Source of the DNA: Chromera velia
Lineage: Eukaryota
DNA: 49,511 bases
Reading direction: 5' to 3'
Assembly: GCA_018398765.1 (NCBI GenBank)
Contig: JAHBMJ010000330.1
Location: forward strand, 1-49,511
A program made the position numbers and the translations under genes. This document shows, in pieces, positions 37,985 to 49,511 of the stretch (the stretch's first letter is position 1; each line of letters begins with the position of its first letter). The notes below the pieces were generated by a model that did no database searches, was not told the origin of the DNA, and worked only from the letters and a program-made list of their open reading frames with translations.

Positions 37985-38760
37985 GCCTTCATAATTAAGC
38001 GAGTGAGTTAAAAAGTTAATAAATGAATGTTAATGAATGTATTCATTTCTCACAGTCATTTTTTGACCGCACTTCAAAAGTTGGAACTTACTGCTGTCAG
38101 TCTGCTAAACAAGAGATTTAATTTAATAAGCGATTGTTTAATCGCAACATGAGCATAAAATATACATTTAAATGCTGGCGCGTAGGTCGAAGGATTGATT
38201 CTATGTATAAAATTCTAAGTTGGCCAGAGTCTATACGGCTCGCCGGCGTTAACCCCATACATCACATCATCACTTAATACACATATCTTATAGTGAAAAC
38301 TCTTTTATGTATATAAATTAAAAACAGCTAAAGGATAGCTAAAGGTGATTTTATGCAGTGAATCTAGTAAGATAATCACTAATACTATGATGATCATTTT
38401 ATTTGTTTTTAACAGTTGGATCATTAAAATTAGTTATAGAGACTCTACTAGAGAGAAACTTTAGGAAAAGACTCTGCACCCAACTTACATTATAGAATTG
38501 CGTTCAATGAGATCCACATCATTTATTATATGATGATGATGATGACGTTGACTAAACCCGGCAGCCATCGTGTCTCAATGGCAGAGGGCTAATACTTTAA
38601 AATTTTTTTTTACTAAGAGTTCCCAATTATATTTGTTTGCTGCCAGGTTTGCTGTTTATAATCGTATCCCAAATATATTTGTTTTGCTAAGAGTTTGAAT
38701 TGTATTGCTTAAAAAAATTTGCTTTGTCCATATACCATCCGAGACTCTAAAAATTTAACC
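37985..38760. other. AT/TpA-rich island at a convergent gene junction
   Basis: No ORFs in the track; between the ankyrin stop (37769, +) and the kinesin stop (39625, -). Confidence 0.75.
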
Positions 38761-39624
38761 TCACGTGCGCTTGAGCTTCTTTGGGAGCTTCTACTGATAC
38801 AGTGAATGGACCTATGAATGGACGACCCCAGGCATATCCAACTGGACAGACAGAATGCTTGTGCAACATTCATTTGTATAGAAGCAAGCTCTAGGGCGAC
38901 CTCAAACGAATCAATGAAAAGTCGGAGTCGAGGAATAGAAAAAGGAGTCTAAGCATTGACAGTGAACAAACAAGACCAACTTCTATTCTCTTCTTTAGAA
39001 ACGTACGTACAAATGGCTACATGGGTCAACCAACCAAGAGCTAAAGAGAGGGACTCCCCTCTAACATGCGGCAATTAAAGCAAGCTGCTCAGAGGCACGT
39101 AAGCAAAACCTCACGGCTACCGCTTCCCTCACTCATCCCCTGTCTGTGTGAGGAGAACTGAACTGAAAAAACCCGAACACACAAAAACAGCCATGCACGT
39201 AGTCACACAGTCTGAATGCAAGAACCACCGCAGACCGACCGAGACAAAAGAGGTACAAACAATAAATTGAGCAGAAATGCATTTAATATACAAACTGCTT
39301 CCCTGTTCCCTCCTGTCCTCTCTTTCTTTCCTTCTCAATTTGCCGAAAGGTCTTCTTGCATTGCATCTTCAGAGCTGTTGAAAGATGTTCTTTCCAGACT
39401 CTCATCCACCCACCCGCACAAAATAGATTCAACAAATTTGATCCGTCAATAAGCAAGCACATGCAAGAAAGGTGCCACTTTTCTCAAACGATCTCTCTTT
39501 TGACTCTCTCCAGCGGGCATTTGCTTTACCGTCGGGAGCAGCGCTCCAACTATATGCATGACACCCATCAGTCCATCCATCCATACATAAATATAATACA
39601 AAAAGAAGCAATTCGGTCTTTCTT

Positions 39625-41243
39625 TCAATCCCTCCATTGAGCGATCTTCTTTCCCTTCATGACCAGCCCCGCGTCTACGTGACTCTCCCCGAAACGCAGC
39701 TCGGCGTTCCCCGCCAGCGCGTTCTTGTTCCCCCCATACAGTCCCCCGAACCCCATCTCTGCAAGCCGCAGGTCAACGTCCTCTCCCGTCAACCGCGCTC
39801 TCTCTCGAATCAGTTCCTCCAGCCTTGCCCTCTCCCCCTCTGCCCCCACAACCTTCCCTGTCTTCACCACTTCCCCTCCCTTCATCTTCGCAAGGGAGGC
39901 CTCGAAAGAGTTCTCCTCAACCAACGCGTCCGCACGCACAACCTCAACAGTCTCCCATCTGCGCGCATCACACACAACAAACACAACACATCTATGATCC
40001 TCACCCCGCAAATTCCACTCCAAAGACCAGCAAGTCCATTTAGCAGACACAGCTAGCGGAAAACAAACGCGAAGCCAAGTCTGATAGGGGAGGGTCAACT
40101 CATGATGACAATCATGCAGACACTAGGGACACACGAAAACGAGCAATTTCTGCAGACCACTTCCGGCCTGCAGACCCTTCGTAGGCCCACCGAACATCAA
40201 TATATGATTCATTCAGCCCATCCACAAGAACAGGAGCACACACACCCACACCCACACACGTCCACACCCGAGCTTTCTTCCGTCCCCCCTTCTGCCCACC
40301 TCTCCTTCTGTCTGATAGTCTCCTCGAGCTCTTCCATTTGGGCATCGATTCGGCCGAGGAGGGTCTCCATCGCCGAAGCTCCCACCTGAAAGAAAACAAA
40401 GAGAACAGAAGAGAAAAGAGTGAGCAGCGCGACAGAGAAGGTTTGTCATTCATGAAGACACGAAGTCAATTCTCCCTCCTTAATATGAATGCCCGCTCTC
40501 CTTGAGGCCGGAGAGGGGGGTGGGGAGCCCGCAGACATTCCTGTGCCGCAGCAAAATGCGGTGGGTGTCCACAGAAACGAACAGGCTCGGTGGCCTGGAG
40601 GTCTGACAGCTAAGGGAGGGGGTGCAAGGGTCGGGTCGGGAGGGGGGGGAGGGTCTCCTCAGTCAAAGGGCCGTGGACGTCTAGATGGGGGAGACCCCCC
40701 CACCCACCTCTGCACTTGTGGACAATCCGGAGCACCTCTCTGCAAACCGGAGGGACTGGAGAGTTTCCCCCGCGTCTGCCTGGTCGGAGGAACAACAAAC
40801 GACAATACAGGCCCGGGCTTTGCCTCCAAGTGCAGGGGAGAGCATCATCGTGATCTGCAAACAGGCAGGCAAATGATGGATGTGGCGCCATTTGTTTTCC
40901 TTCGCTAGGATTGTTCTTTGCACACACGCTCGGACAAAGATAGAGTTTACATGAGTTCTTATCCGTCTGTTCTTACCTTTTTCCGACTCAAGTAGGGCCA
41001 GAATCCTTCTGTTCTCATCTCCAGACAGACAGGCAGACGGACAGAGATGGGGGTCCAAAGATCTCACCAAATTTCGTCCGTCCTGTTTGCCTTTTCTCTC
41101 CCTCGTCTCTTACAGGAACCTCAGGCATTCATGTAAACGCTCATCGCTGTGATCACGCAACACGCGCACACACGTACACACACGCACACACACACACACA
41201 CACGCACACACACACACGCACACACACGCACGCACACACACAC

Positions 41244-41276
<33 letters not shown>

Positions 41277-41309
41277 ATTACACACACACAATATTACACA
41301 CACACACAC

Positions 41310-41342
<33 letters not shown>

Positions 41343-44300
41343 CACACGCACACACACGCACGCACACACACACACGCACACACACACACACACGCACACA
41401 CACGCACTCCCCACGTACGCATGCGGTCAGCTCACAGCAGCAGAGAAAAGAAGCATTCTGAAAGTCATGCAACGTGCGGATCGACGTGCCTTGGAGTCCT
41501 GGAAAGGGACGTACGACTTCCCAGAGTTCAGAGCGGAGATGCATTTCTTCAGAGCGAGGAGACCCAGGTTGATGTGCACGGCCTCGCGCATGCGGCGACC
41601 GAGAACGAACCCTCGGGCCCCAGCGTCAACGCCGTGTGTCACTCTGGATTTTTTGACCTGACAGAACAGATGCACAGTTGAACTCAGAATAACAAAATGT
41701 GCCCTGACAAATGAGGTGGTACCACTCTGGTCAACCTGAAAGAAACAAAACAGTTACTGACGTAACAAAAGAGCACCTCACCAGCGAAGTAAAAGCAGGT
41801 TGACGCACGCCTAAGCAGAAATCATTAGATAGTGCACCGGGCAGGCTGTGAGGCAAGGGAAGCGAGAAACATCGTCCCGCAGGTTGAGAACCCAAAACCA
41901 AATACAGAAAGAAAGAACACCCAGCTGTCTACCTCCCAACGTTGCGGTACCCCACCTGTTCACTTCCCCCCAGATCCACCAGGAAGAGTTGAGATCTCAC
42001 AGTGATCATCTCGTCACTAGCAGCACTCTCTTCACTCTCAGTCGTCTCCTTCTTTTGCGAATCCCCCCTTTCTCTCTCGACTCCCCCAAGTTCGCTTTTC
42101 AGCTTTCTCTTCATCTTTAGGGACAGAATGAACAGAGCGTGCGCACGGCTGCTTCTGTCGTTCATCGCAGTTGCGGCAAATCTGCAAGCGGGAGGGACAA
42201 CAGGATCATCCATCAAGGAAGGAAAAAAAGAACGGAAGACGGACCAACTTTCGAAGACCGAAATTTGAAGTCACGTCGAGAATGAAAGAAAGTAAACCAG
42301 ATGTGCTTGATGAGTGACTCTATTTTTCTTGCTTTCAAACACGAATAGCCACAGGTTGACTGGAACACCAAACACACAAACCAGAAAGAAAGACCAGAAA
42401 TCACCGACGGCCCACGCAGAATGCAATACTTCACAGCGCCGCACAGTGAGTGCCTGCATACCCACCGACCGCCCGGCGTACCGTTTCTGCCGCTCCCCGG
42501 TCTCCAGTGCCGCAGCGATGTCCTCCAGAGACGACACGTCCAGTTGCGCCTCCCCCTCCATGACCCACCTCTGGGCACTCACCTGGGAACAATTACAATC
42601 AATCAATGCAGCATTGATGCAGGGAACGGTGAAGCGGCTGACAACCCGTTTTCTTCCTTGCACCACCCACTCTCTTCTCTAAAAGCGTCAAACATCATGA
42701 AGACATGCGCAAAAAAGTTCAACGCAACCACCCACCCCCCNNNAAAAAAAAAAAACTCCACCACTCCTTCCACACACCCACTCAGCCGTTCCCACACCCG
42801 CGCCCCATGATCAATCCAAGCCGCAACGTCACCTCATACACTACGACGTACGACACTTCAATGCATGCACCTACTCAACGGGCAAAAAAGAAAATCTTAA
42901 AAGAGGACTCAAGACACACCCGAATAGACCCACCGAATTCTGTCCCACCACTGCTCCCCCTCTGAGCAGGTCTGTCACCTCATCTCCGTACACTTCGACG
43001 TATGAAGCGCTCAACCCGCACTCGATCCCCCTCCTCCGCCTATCCTCGACAGCCCTCAAAATGTCCAAACAGGCCCGAGGAACGACGCCAACCTGCAGGC
43101 TTCCCCTTCCTCCCATGCACGTCTGCCCAAGGTCCGGCCCTGGGGGTCCGAACATCGTGTGACTCTTCCCGCTGCCCGTCTGACCGTACACGATCACGCA
43201 TCTGCTCGGGCATTCACTCACACAAGCGATCAAGAATCCAACAACAGACAGCGTGAGGGAAGGAGATGATGAGAAGTTACAAAAAAAAAATAAAGGTCGG
43301 TGAGTCAAATCCAATCAAGAACAAGAGCCCCCCAACAAGTTTTCATTCAACAAAAAGGAATGAAGACACACACAGTATCTGAATACTCCGACTGGTCCCC
43401 CCCCTGTAGGCACATCCCCATGCACCCCCTGCCCATGCCCACCCGTTGAATCCGTTGAGGAAGTCCGACACCACTCCCCTGGCAGCAGCGTGGTACGAGG
43501 ACGGCTGGGTGCTCCTCTGGGGGAGGACATGGTCGAAGCAGAACGTTCTGCAAACAAGAATTCAGACCGCATCGACATCGTTCATTCGCGTGCTGTCTGC
43601 GTGTGTATGTAAGAGGCAGAGAGAGGGACGGGCTGGGGTGTGGATGGGTGAGGGGGGAGAGAGTAAGTGCGTTTGTGCGCTAGCTTCTCTGTGATTTCGT
43701 GTCTTTTGTGCGATCATTTCCTATGCAGTAGCCTGGTTGAACCTTCGACAACGATGCAGCGAGAGAAGCCCTAGATTGCTTTTGAGGCAATCACCCAAGT
43801 CCAAAAAGACACCCCACTGTCAAGCTCACCGCATGCCGATGCTTTTTGCCACCATAACAACGCGACCCATGCCCGGGTCTACGGCGTGGATGTGCGCACT
43901 CAGCTGGTTCCGATTCAAACCCCCCTGCCCATTCTGCTTCTCCTGATCTCTATCTTTGTCTCTCTCTTTCTCGGCATTGCCGTCCACTGTTTCGTTCTCT
44001 GTTTCCGTTGAGGAGCCCCCGACTGTGCTCGCATCGCTGCTTATGATGGCAGCTCGGTTTTTTGTTTGTCTCGCAGGACCTCTCTCCTTCTTCCACGAAT
44101 TGTCAAACCAACCGCCCTCTCTGTGGAGCTGTTTGAGGGCCTCCTGCGTCGTCGTCCTGTCTCGTCTCCGTATCAGATGAATTCTCTGGTGGAGAGGCAA
44201 CATGAATCTTCGACCGTCCGCCTCCTCGTCCTCGTCAGTCCTCCCCCTGTCCGGACGGAACCTCACCACCACACCCACAGGCTGCCTCTCCTCCTGACTG

Positions 44301-45227
44301 CCTGAGGCCCTCATCCCATTTCCCGTCTCTCTCTGTCCGTCCCTGTCTTTTTTTTGGAAGAGGCCCCTCTGGGTCCAAAGCTTTTCGAAAAGAGAACCCC
44401 AACTGAATCCGGGGGGGGGGCGCTCTGGCACAAAGAGGAAAGCCTCCGCCTCCAGGCGCCTGCAGTTGAGGAAAAAGGCATTTCTCATATTGAAAACGGA
44501 CGTACAGGCAAACGAAGTGCCGGAGAGTCTCAGTAGAGCAGCTGGTGCACTGTGACAACAAAAAGAAGGGCCTCTCTGTGTTCGTCTGCACGAATTTGAA
44601 AGAGGAGCACGTCCCGAAAATTGAAATTCGGTATATTGCGATCTTGCTAGTCTCACTAAATAACCATGAACACAACTATACCTGCAAAGGAATTCCTCAA
44701 AGAAGGGCCCCGAGAAGAATTTCGCGAACTCCTTCGACAGAAGACGCGCAGACGAGACCCGGCCCTCCCAGGGGAGAAACTTCAGGAGCTCATAGTGCCA
44801 CTCTTCCGGCACCACGACTGCGCGCAGCGGAGAAACAGCACACACAAGAGAGATAGGTAAGAAAGAAGGATGAATGTCCACTGCACGGTTCCCTGTCATG
44901 ATATTTTCTGTTCGCATTGTAGCCCTTGATAGAGGGAGCGGGAGAGGCGGGGAGAACGGATGTGATCGAGAGCGAGAACGAGGGAAGGTGGGGAAGGAGA
45001 AGGGCAAACGCGCAGCGGTCGGCGGGGCTGATCAATGACAAGACAGCGAGGACAAGAGCGGGAGGAAGGAATTGAAGGCCAAGAGTGAATCTTCTTCAAC
45101 GAAATGAGAGAGAACGGAGAGAGCAAAGCAACAGCTCGATCACCTCACCGTCTCCATTTTTGTCATGGCCCTTTGAGGAAGGCGACGTTGAAGATGAAGA
45201 AGCGGAGCCGGAAATTGATGCACCCAT
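39625..45227 (-). CDS. Kinesin-family motor with N-terminal MGxxxS motif and F-box-like segment, about 11 exons
   Basis: Exon 45227-45149 (MGASISGS...) joins in phase to 44817-44682 and 44459-~43830. Motor motifs appear in order: [117 protein letters not shown] short coiled coil and tail follow to the stop at 39625. Confidence 0.9.
41161..41406. repeat. (CA)n/(CACG) intronic microsatellite
   Basis: Directly visible inside the kinesin intron 41489-40855. Confidence 0.9.
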
Positions 45228-45990
45228 TATCCAGGCTTTGAAGTCGCGTGAAGAAAACTCTTCCCGTGTGGGATGACACTCACAAAGAGGAGGACGCAGG
45301 AATGGGACGGGTTCTTGTTTTCTCGTTCGTGGGACGAGATCGTTTTTGCTGCCGCAAAGCTTGCACTGATTATGAATAGTCGTCAGCAATGTCAAGCTGT
45401 CGGATTTCTTCGGCAAATCTGGCTGACTAAGGTCGGGATTGTGAGGCCAAGTTTGTTGTCTTCTTTCCGGCCGTACGTTGGCTCAATCCTTCCAGACCAT
45501 TCCAGACCTGGCAGACATTGGCAGACCATCTGTTGGATTTCGGTGCTCCATAGCACACCGCGAGTTGTAAGCGCCGCCGCGCGTTGCAACGTGTTGCAAA
45601 GTGGCGCAGTGCGCGCGCGATGTGCAGTATAAAACCATGACAACATGCATGTTGCATTAATTGTGTTGCTTGGAATCACATTCACATGCATGCAAACGAT
45701 CTTCATATATATGTGCATGCATAAAATTATAATCAATTAATTACATTGATAAAAAAGTCTCTTATTAATATAATTCTAAGGGCCACTATACTGTTCACTG
45801 AAGCTCTACCCATCAACAGCACAGAGGAGCGCCCCGTCCAATCCGACGCAAAACATCGGAACATTGCCCAATCAGCAGAGAGAGCGTACATTTCCTTCAC
45901 TTTGAAATTGACTGCTATTGACATCAGACGACGGGCGTCACCAATACTCCTTGGCTTCTTCACAAGCAGACTAAGGCAGAAGACCCGACA
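45228..45990. promoter_or_regulatory. Putative bidirectional promoter (kinesin / small secreted protein)
   Basis: Between divergent ATGs. CGCG-rich patch 45560-45620, several (CA)TGCAT(G) copies at 45644-45722, TATTAATA at 45763-45770. Confidence 0.6.
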
Positions 45991-46374
45991 ATGCGCGTCC
46001 TTCTTGCTTTCCTGTGCATTGCTGCTGCCTCCATTACGAGTGCGGACAAGATCTGCGCATACGACCAAGCCGACTGTGCAGGAACCGAGTCATGTGAGAC
46101 CCTTCCCTCGTGCTCTTCCGTTGGTGCTACTGACTCCAACAAATATTCCACAAAATATGAGCTGGACGGCGACGATCTGAAGATCTGCTTCCACTCTGGG
46201 ACGCTCACGTGCGATGCGTCTGACCAGGTGTGCCTCACGACAACGGTCTCAAAGGACAAGTGTGTGACTGGCAGCGACGGCGATAGCTCCTACAAAGTCA
46301 CGAGCAACGCCTACGGGATGGCCGCATCCCTGACCCTTCTGCTTGCTGTCTTTGGCCTTCACCTCTCTCGCTAG
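45991..46374 (+). CDS. Small intronless secreted Cys-rich protein, probably GPI-anchored
   Basis: 127 aa with signal peptide MRVLLAFLCIAAASITSA, 8 Cys in the mature part, a small-residue SNA site, then the hydrophobic C-terminus MAASLTLLLAVFGLHLSR. Confidence 0.8.
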   Translation: MRVLLAFLCIAAASITSADKICAYDQADCAGTESCETLPSCSSVGATDSNKYSTKYELDGDDLKICFHSGTLTCDASDQVCLTTTVSKDKCVTGSDGDSSYKVTSNAYGMAASLTLLLAVFGLHLSR

Positions 46375-46829
46375 GTCCTGAACAGAAGAAATGCTTTGTT
46401 GGTTGATGTCTCTAGTTGATGTCTACGTTCTCGAAGATGCAGAGGCGGTCGGTGGAAGAAGGAACAAAGAGTCAACGTACTTATTCATATCTTAGGGACG
46501 GGAGCCCGCGAAAAGAACCGAAAGAACCACAATTAATGCGAAAGTGAGGTGAAGGGTGGAGAGAGAAAGGAGGAAGATAACTGTCTGTCAGGTTCCAAAG
46601 AGAACCTGCATAGTTGCGCTCTTGTATCCTTCGGAGCCGGAGATAGGTGCATGTTGGAGAAGAGAGTTCTATCCAGTGTCAAAGTGCACCCCCACGCATA
46701 CCTTTTCTTAGTCAGACGCCTCCTGAAGCTCACCAGAGCGGAAGGTTTGAATCATTTGGCAGGAATAGCAACGGACCCCCTAGATTTGCCATGGGCCTGT
46801 CAGTGAAATGACAGTGAAATCTTTCGATT

Positions 46830-47230
46830 TAAAATTGAAGCCTCGGATTGATACTAGACTGTGCATTGTCCGAAAAGTACTAGAAAAAGATAGAAAGAGT
46901 ATTGTTTCACGTTAATTAGACGAGCGTAAAACTGCCAGCTTGCACACGTATTTTTTGAAACTATCTTAAAAACTAAACGTTGTCCAAAAACTATAATTAT
47001 ATCAAAAGCTAGATTATTTAAATTAAAAGTATTAAAGCTATAGTTTCAAATGTGTAGAGCTATATAGGTATGGAAAGTAAGCAAACTAAGTCTATACATT
47101 CTCAAACAGAGTTGTTAACATATAAAGTGGAATTAATCAAACGAAACGCTGTTATAGAAATCATTTTAAAAGTAATGTAGGATGCTTAAATTGCATGTAT
47201 GGAAAGCGACTTGCTTAATTAAAGTTACTT
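46830..47230. other. AT/TpA-rich island at a convergent gene junction
   Basis: Abrupt AT-rich stretch between a + gene ending at 46374 and a - gene ending at 47962. Confidence 0.75.
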
Positions 47231-47608
47231 TCGGGGGGAGAAAAGTTGCGAGGGGCTACGACTCCCAAGCCTACGAGGGGCATCTAATGAAGTTTAGAGA
47301 GAGAGAAACACTGTCCACGTGTTCATGATGCTGTGGAAGGTCGATAGACCATGATAGACGGTGGCTGGCATCAGAGGAGGAGGGGCCCGGCGGAAGGGGT
47401 TGATCTGGTTGTTGGAGACGGCTGTTGCTAGGGAAGGTCTGGTCTCCAGTTTTTTGCGGAAGGAGGCAGCGGATCAGTCTGATTAATTCTCAGGAGAATT
47501 ATTAATTAAGCAGCAAAGGGTCTTTGATATCTCACCTAGCTTTGCAGGCCCGTGCGGAAGTCCGCTCCGGGACGCCCCTCGAAAAGCAGTCGAAGACGTC
47601 TGGAAGTC

Positions 47609-47659
47609 GTCAGAGCTGAGCTATCAGAGCTGAGCTGTCAGAGCTGAGCTGTCAGAGCT
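47609..47659. repeat. 14-bp tandem repeat GTCAGAGCTGAGCT, ~3.6 copies
   Basis: Directly visible. Confidence 0.9.
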
Positions 47660-47961
47660 CACCCCTCCACGTGGAAGAAAATCAGAGGTGTAAAATAGAG
47701 GGTGGCCAGCAGCCACAAAAAGAGAAACAATTGGGGAAAAAGAGAGAGCCAAGTACTTTTCACAGAGACGGAGCCAGAAAGGGGAAAATAAAAATCGCTT
47801 CTCACTTTTTCGGCCTTCCGAATTTTCGGCTCTTTGGCTCTCTCCGTGGAAGATTCTCCAAAAACCCAAGACGGCGAGTCTGACACCGAACGCTAGATGC
47901 CTCGTACAGGCCGACGGCGAAGGTGCATCATGACGATTGATGATGAGCAGAGCTAGCTAGA

Positions 47962-49382
47962 TCAAACGACTTCTGAGTCTCCCCATGCCTCCCTAGATCG
48001 GGGTCTGTCTGCGTCGCTACCGGGATGGGGCTCTTCTTCGTCTCCGGCCTTGTCTTCTTCTGTTTTTTCGTGTTCTTCTTTCTCTCCGTCGCCTTGGATT
48101 GCGACTTCTTCTTCCTTCTTCTCTTCGACGTCCCTTTCCCCTGCTTCTCTCTTCTCTTTTACCTCTTCTTCCACTGCGACTCCTTCAGAAGGGGCGGGTT
48201 GTAATGGATGCAGAGAACTGAGTTCCTTCTCCCTTTCTTTCTCTTCTCGGTGTAAGCTTTGCGATTTTGAATGCGATACCAGATTAGGATCTTCAAAGTA
48301 TTCTTTTTTCTTCAAGGAATCTTTCTTGAAGAGGGGCGAGCTGGACTTCTGTCTTTCAGATTCGGGGAAAACTCCCGTCTCCAGGTCCCTGACCTTGCTC
48401 TGCTCTGTCTCCTCTCTGATCTGCCTCTGCACCTTTTCTACCCTGTTCGTGCTGGAACTCATCACAATCAGAAGAACTCCTTGTGCAGCTACCAAGATCA
48501 CGCCTGCCAGCATCATGACAAGGGCTGCTTCCGCTCCACGGTCGAGGTCTTCAGCCAGCGCGGCCGTGTCCGAAACGTCAAACTGGAAGGCAGAACCGAT
48601 GGAGGCGTTCACGAGGGCATCGTTCAGTTGACCCATCAGGTCTGTACCCAACTCGCAGAAGACTGCGAGGAGGGTAGACCCAGTGAAGAAAATGGTTGCG
48701 AAGATGATAAAGAGAATGTGAGCTAGGAGAAAGATGTAAACGACCTGCATCAGCTCATGAACACGAATGCAGAGGGGGGAAAAACACACGAATGACAGTG
48801 TACATGTCGAAGAACAAAAAGAAAATCAAATGAATCCCTCCGACTTCTATTTTCTATTCTGCGACTGTGAACTGCACAGATAAAAGAGAACAAAAACGAT
48901 ACTTCAAACAAAAACGATACCTGCACTCAGCATGGAAAGACGCTAAGAGCATCTTAACGAGCCTTCAAGTTGAAGCGCACAGGCGAGGAAACAAGACAGA
49001 CAAAGAAGCCGTTTGCTCTCCATTTTACTGCCTCATGAAAAACCGAGGGAGGGAATCAATCTGAGAAACGATGGCACCCTGAAATGGCCTCTGTGATTTC
49101 CGTTGTCGTCCCTGTCTTTTACCTATGTCGTCCTTCTATCTATCTTCGTCGCGGTCTGCCTGCCTGTCTGATTGTAAGGCAAAACACGCAATCTCCCTGG
49201 CCGGCCGGCTGGCTGACCCCCAGGAGAATTCTCTGTCCCCAGAGGCCGCAGACGAATTTGGGGAAGTAGAAATCTTCCTTCGGGCTCTTGGACCTGAACG
49301 TTTGCTGTGCGATCACGCCGGTTGAGAACTGACAGGCGAAGATGACTAGAATGGTGACGCACCAATCGACATTCACAATGAA
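47962..49382 (-). CDS. 3' exons of a multi-pass membrane protein with an acidic tail; the gene extends beyond the right edge
   Basis: Exon ~49382-49218 (FIVNVDWCVTILVIFACQF...ILLG|GTCAG) and final exon ~48744-47962 (VVYIFLLAHILFIIFATIFF..., LVMMLAGVILVAAQGVLLIV, then an E/K-rich tail). Confidence 0.65.
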
Positions 49383-49407
49383 CTGCATGTACATACACAC
49401 ACACACA

Positions 49408-49510
<103 letters not shown>

Positions 49511-49511
49511 G

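Noticed and set aside
42741..42743. NNN between C and A homopolymers
   Set aside because: Assembly ambiguity in an intron, not a biological feature.
45149..45166. Alternative kinesin start MTKMET
   Set aside because: It ends in phase 0, whereas the next exon needs phase 1; the MGASIS start at 45227 fits.
47235..47900. Possible LTR or mobile-element end next to the AT island
   Set aside because: No terminal repeats, target-site duplication or transposase/RT coding sequence visible.

Overview
Eukaryotic, intron-rich genomic DNA whose introns are packed with (GT/CA)n, (GA/TC)n, (GACA)n and (GTCA)n microsatellites. The style most resembles the chromerid alga Chromera velia, an apicomplexan relative (inferred from sequence texture only). 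Most ORF-track entries are microsatellite or antisense artefacts. Splicing by hand gives about nine genes: (1) the 5' part of AP-5 adaptor mu subunit AP5M1 (-, running off the left edge); (2) an intronless SAM-dependent methyltransferase-like gene (+); (3) a multi-pass membrane protein (-); (4) an acidic low-complexity protein (-); (5) a ~10 kb gene for a signal peptide + 5 EGF + GAIN/GPS-like + single-TM receptor-like protein (-); (6) a ~12.6 kb ankyrin-repeat protein with a C-terminal multi-TM region (+); (7) a kinesin with an N-terminal MGxxxS myristoylation motif and F-box-like segment (-); (8) a small Cys-rich, probably GPI-anchored protein (+); (9) the 3' end of a membrane protein (-). 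The layout is regular. All three divergent junctions are ~0.7 kb and carry an oriented TATTAATAT motif, 221-240 bp from the ATG in four cases. All three convergent junctions contain a sharply AT/TpA-rich island. Gene models are manual and unverified by transcripts, and homology calls come from remembered motifs, not searches.
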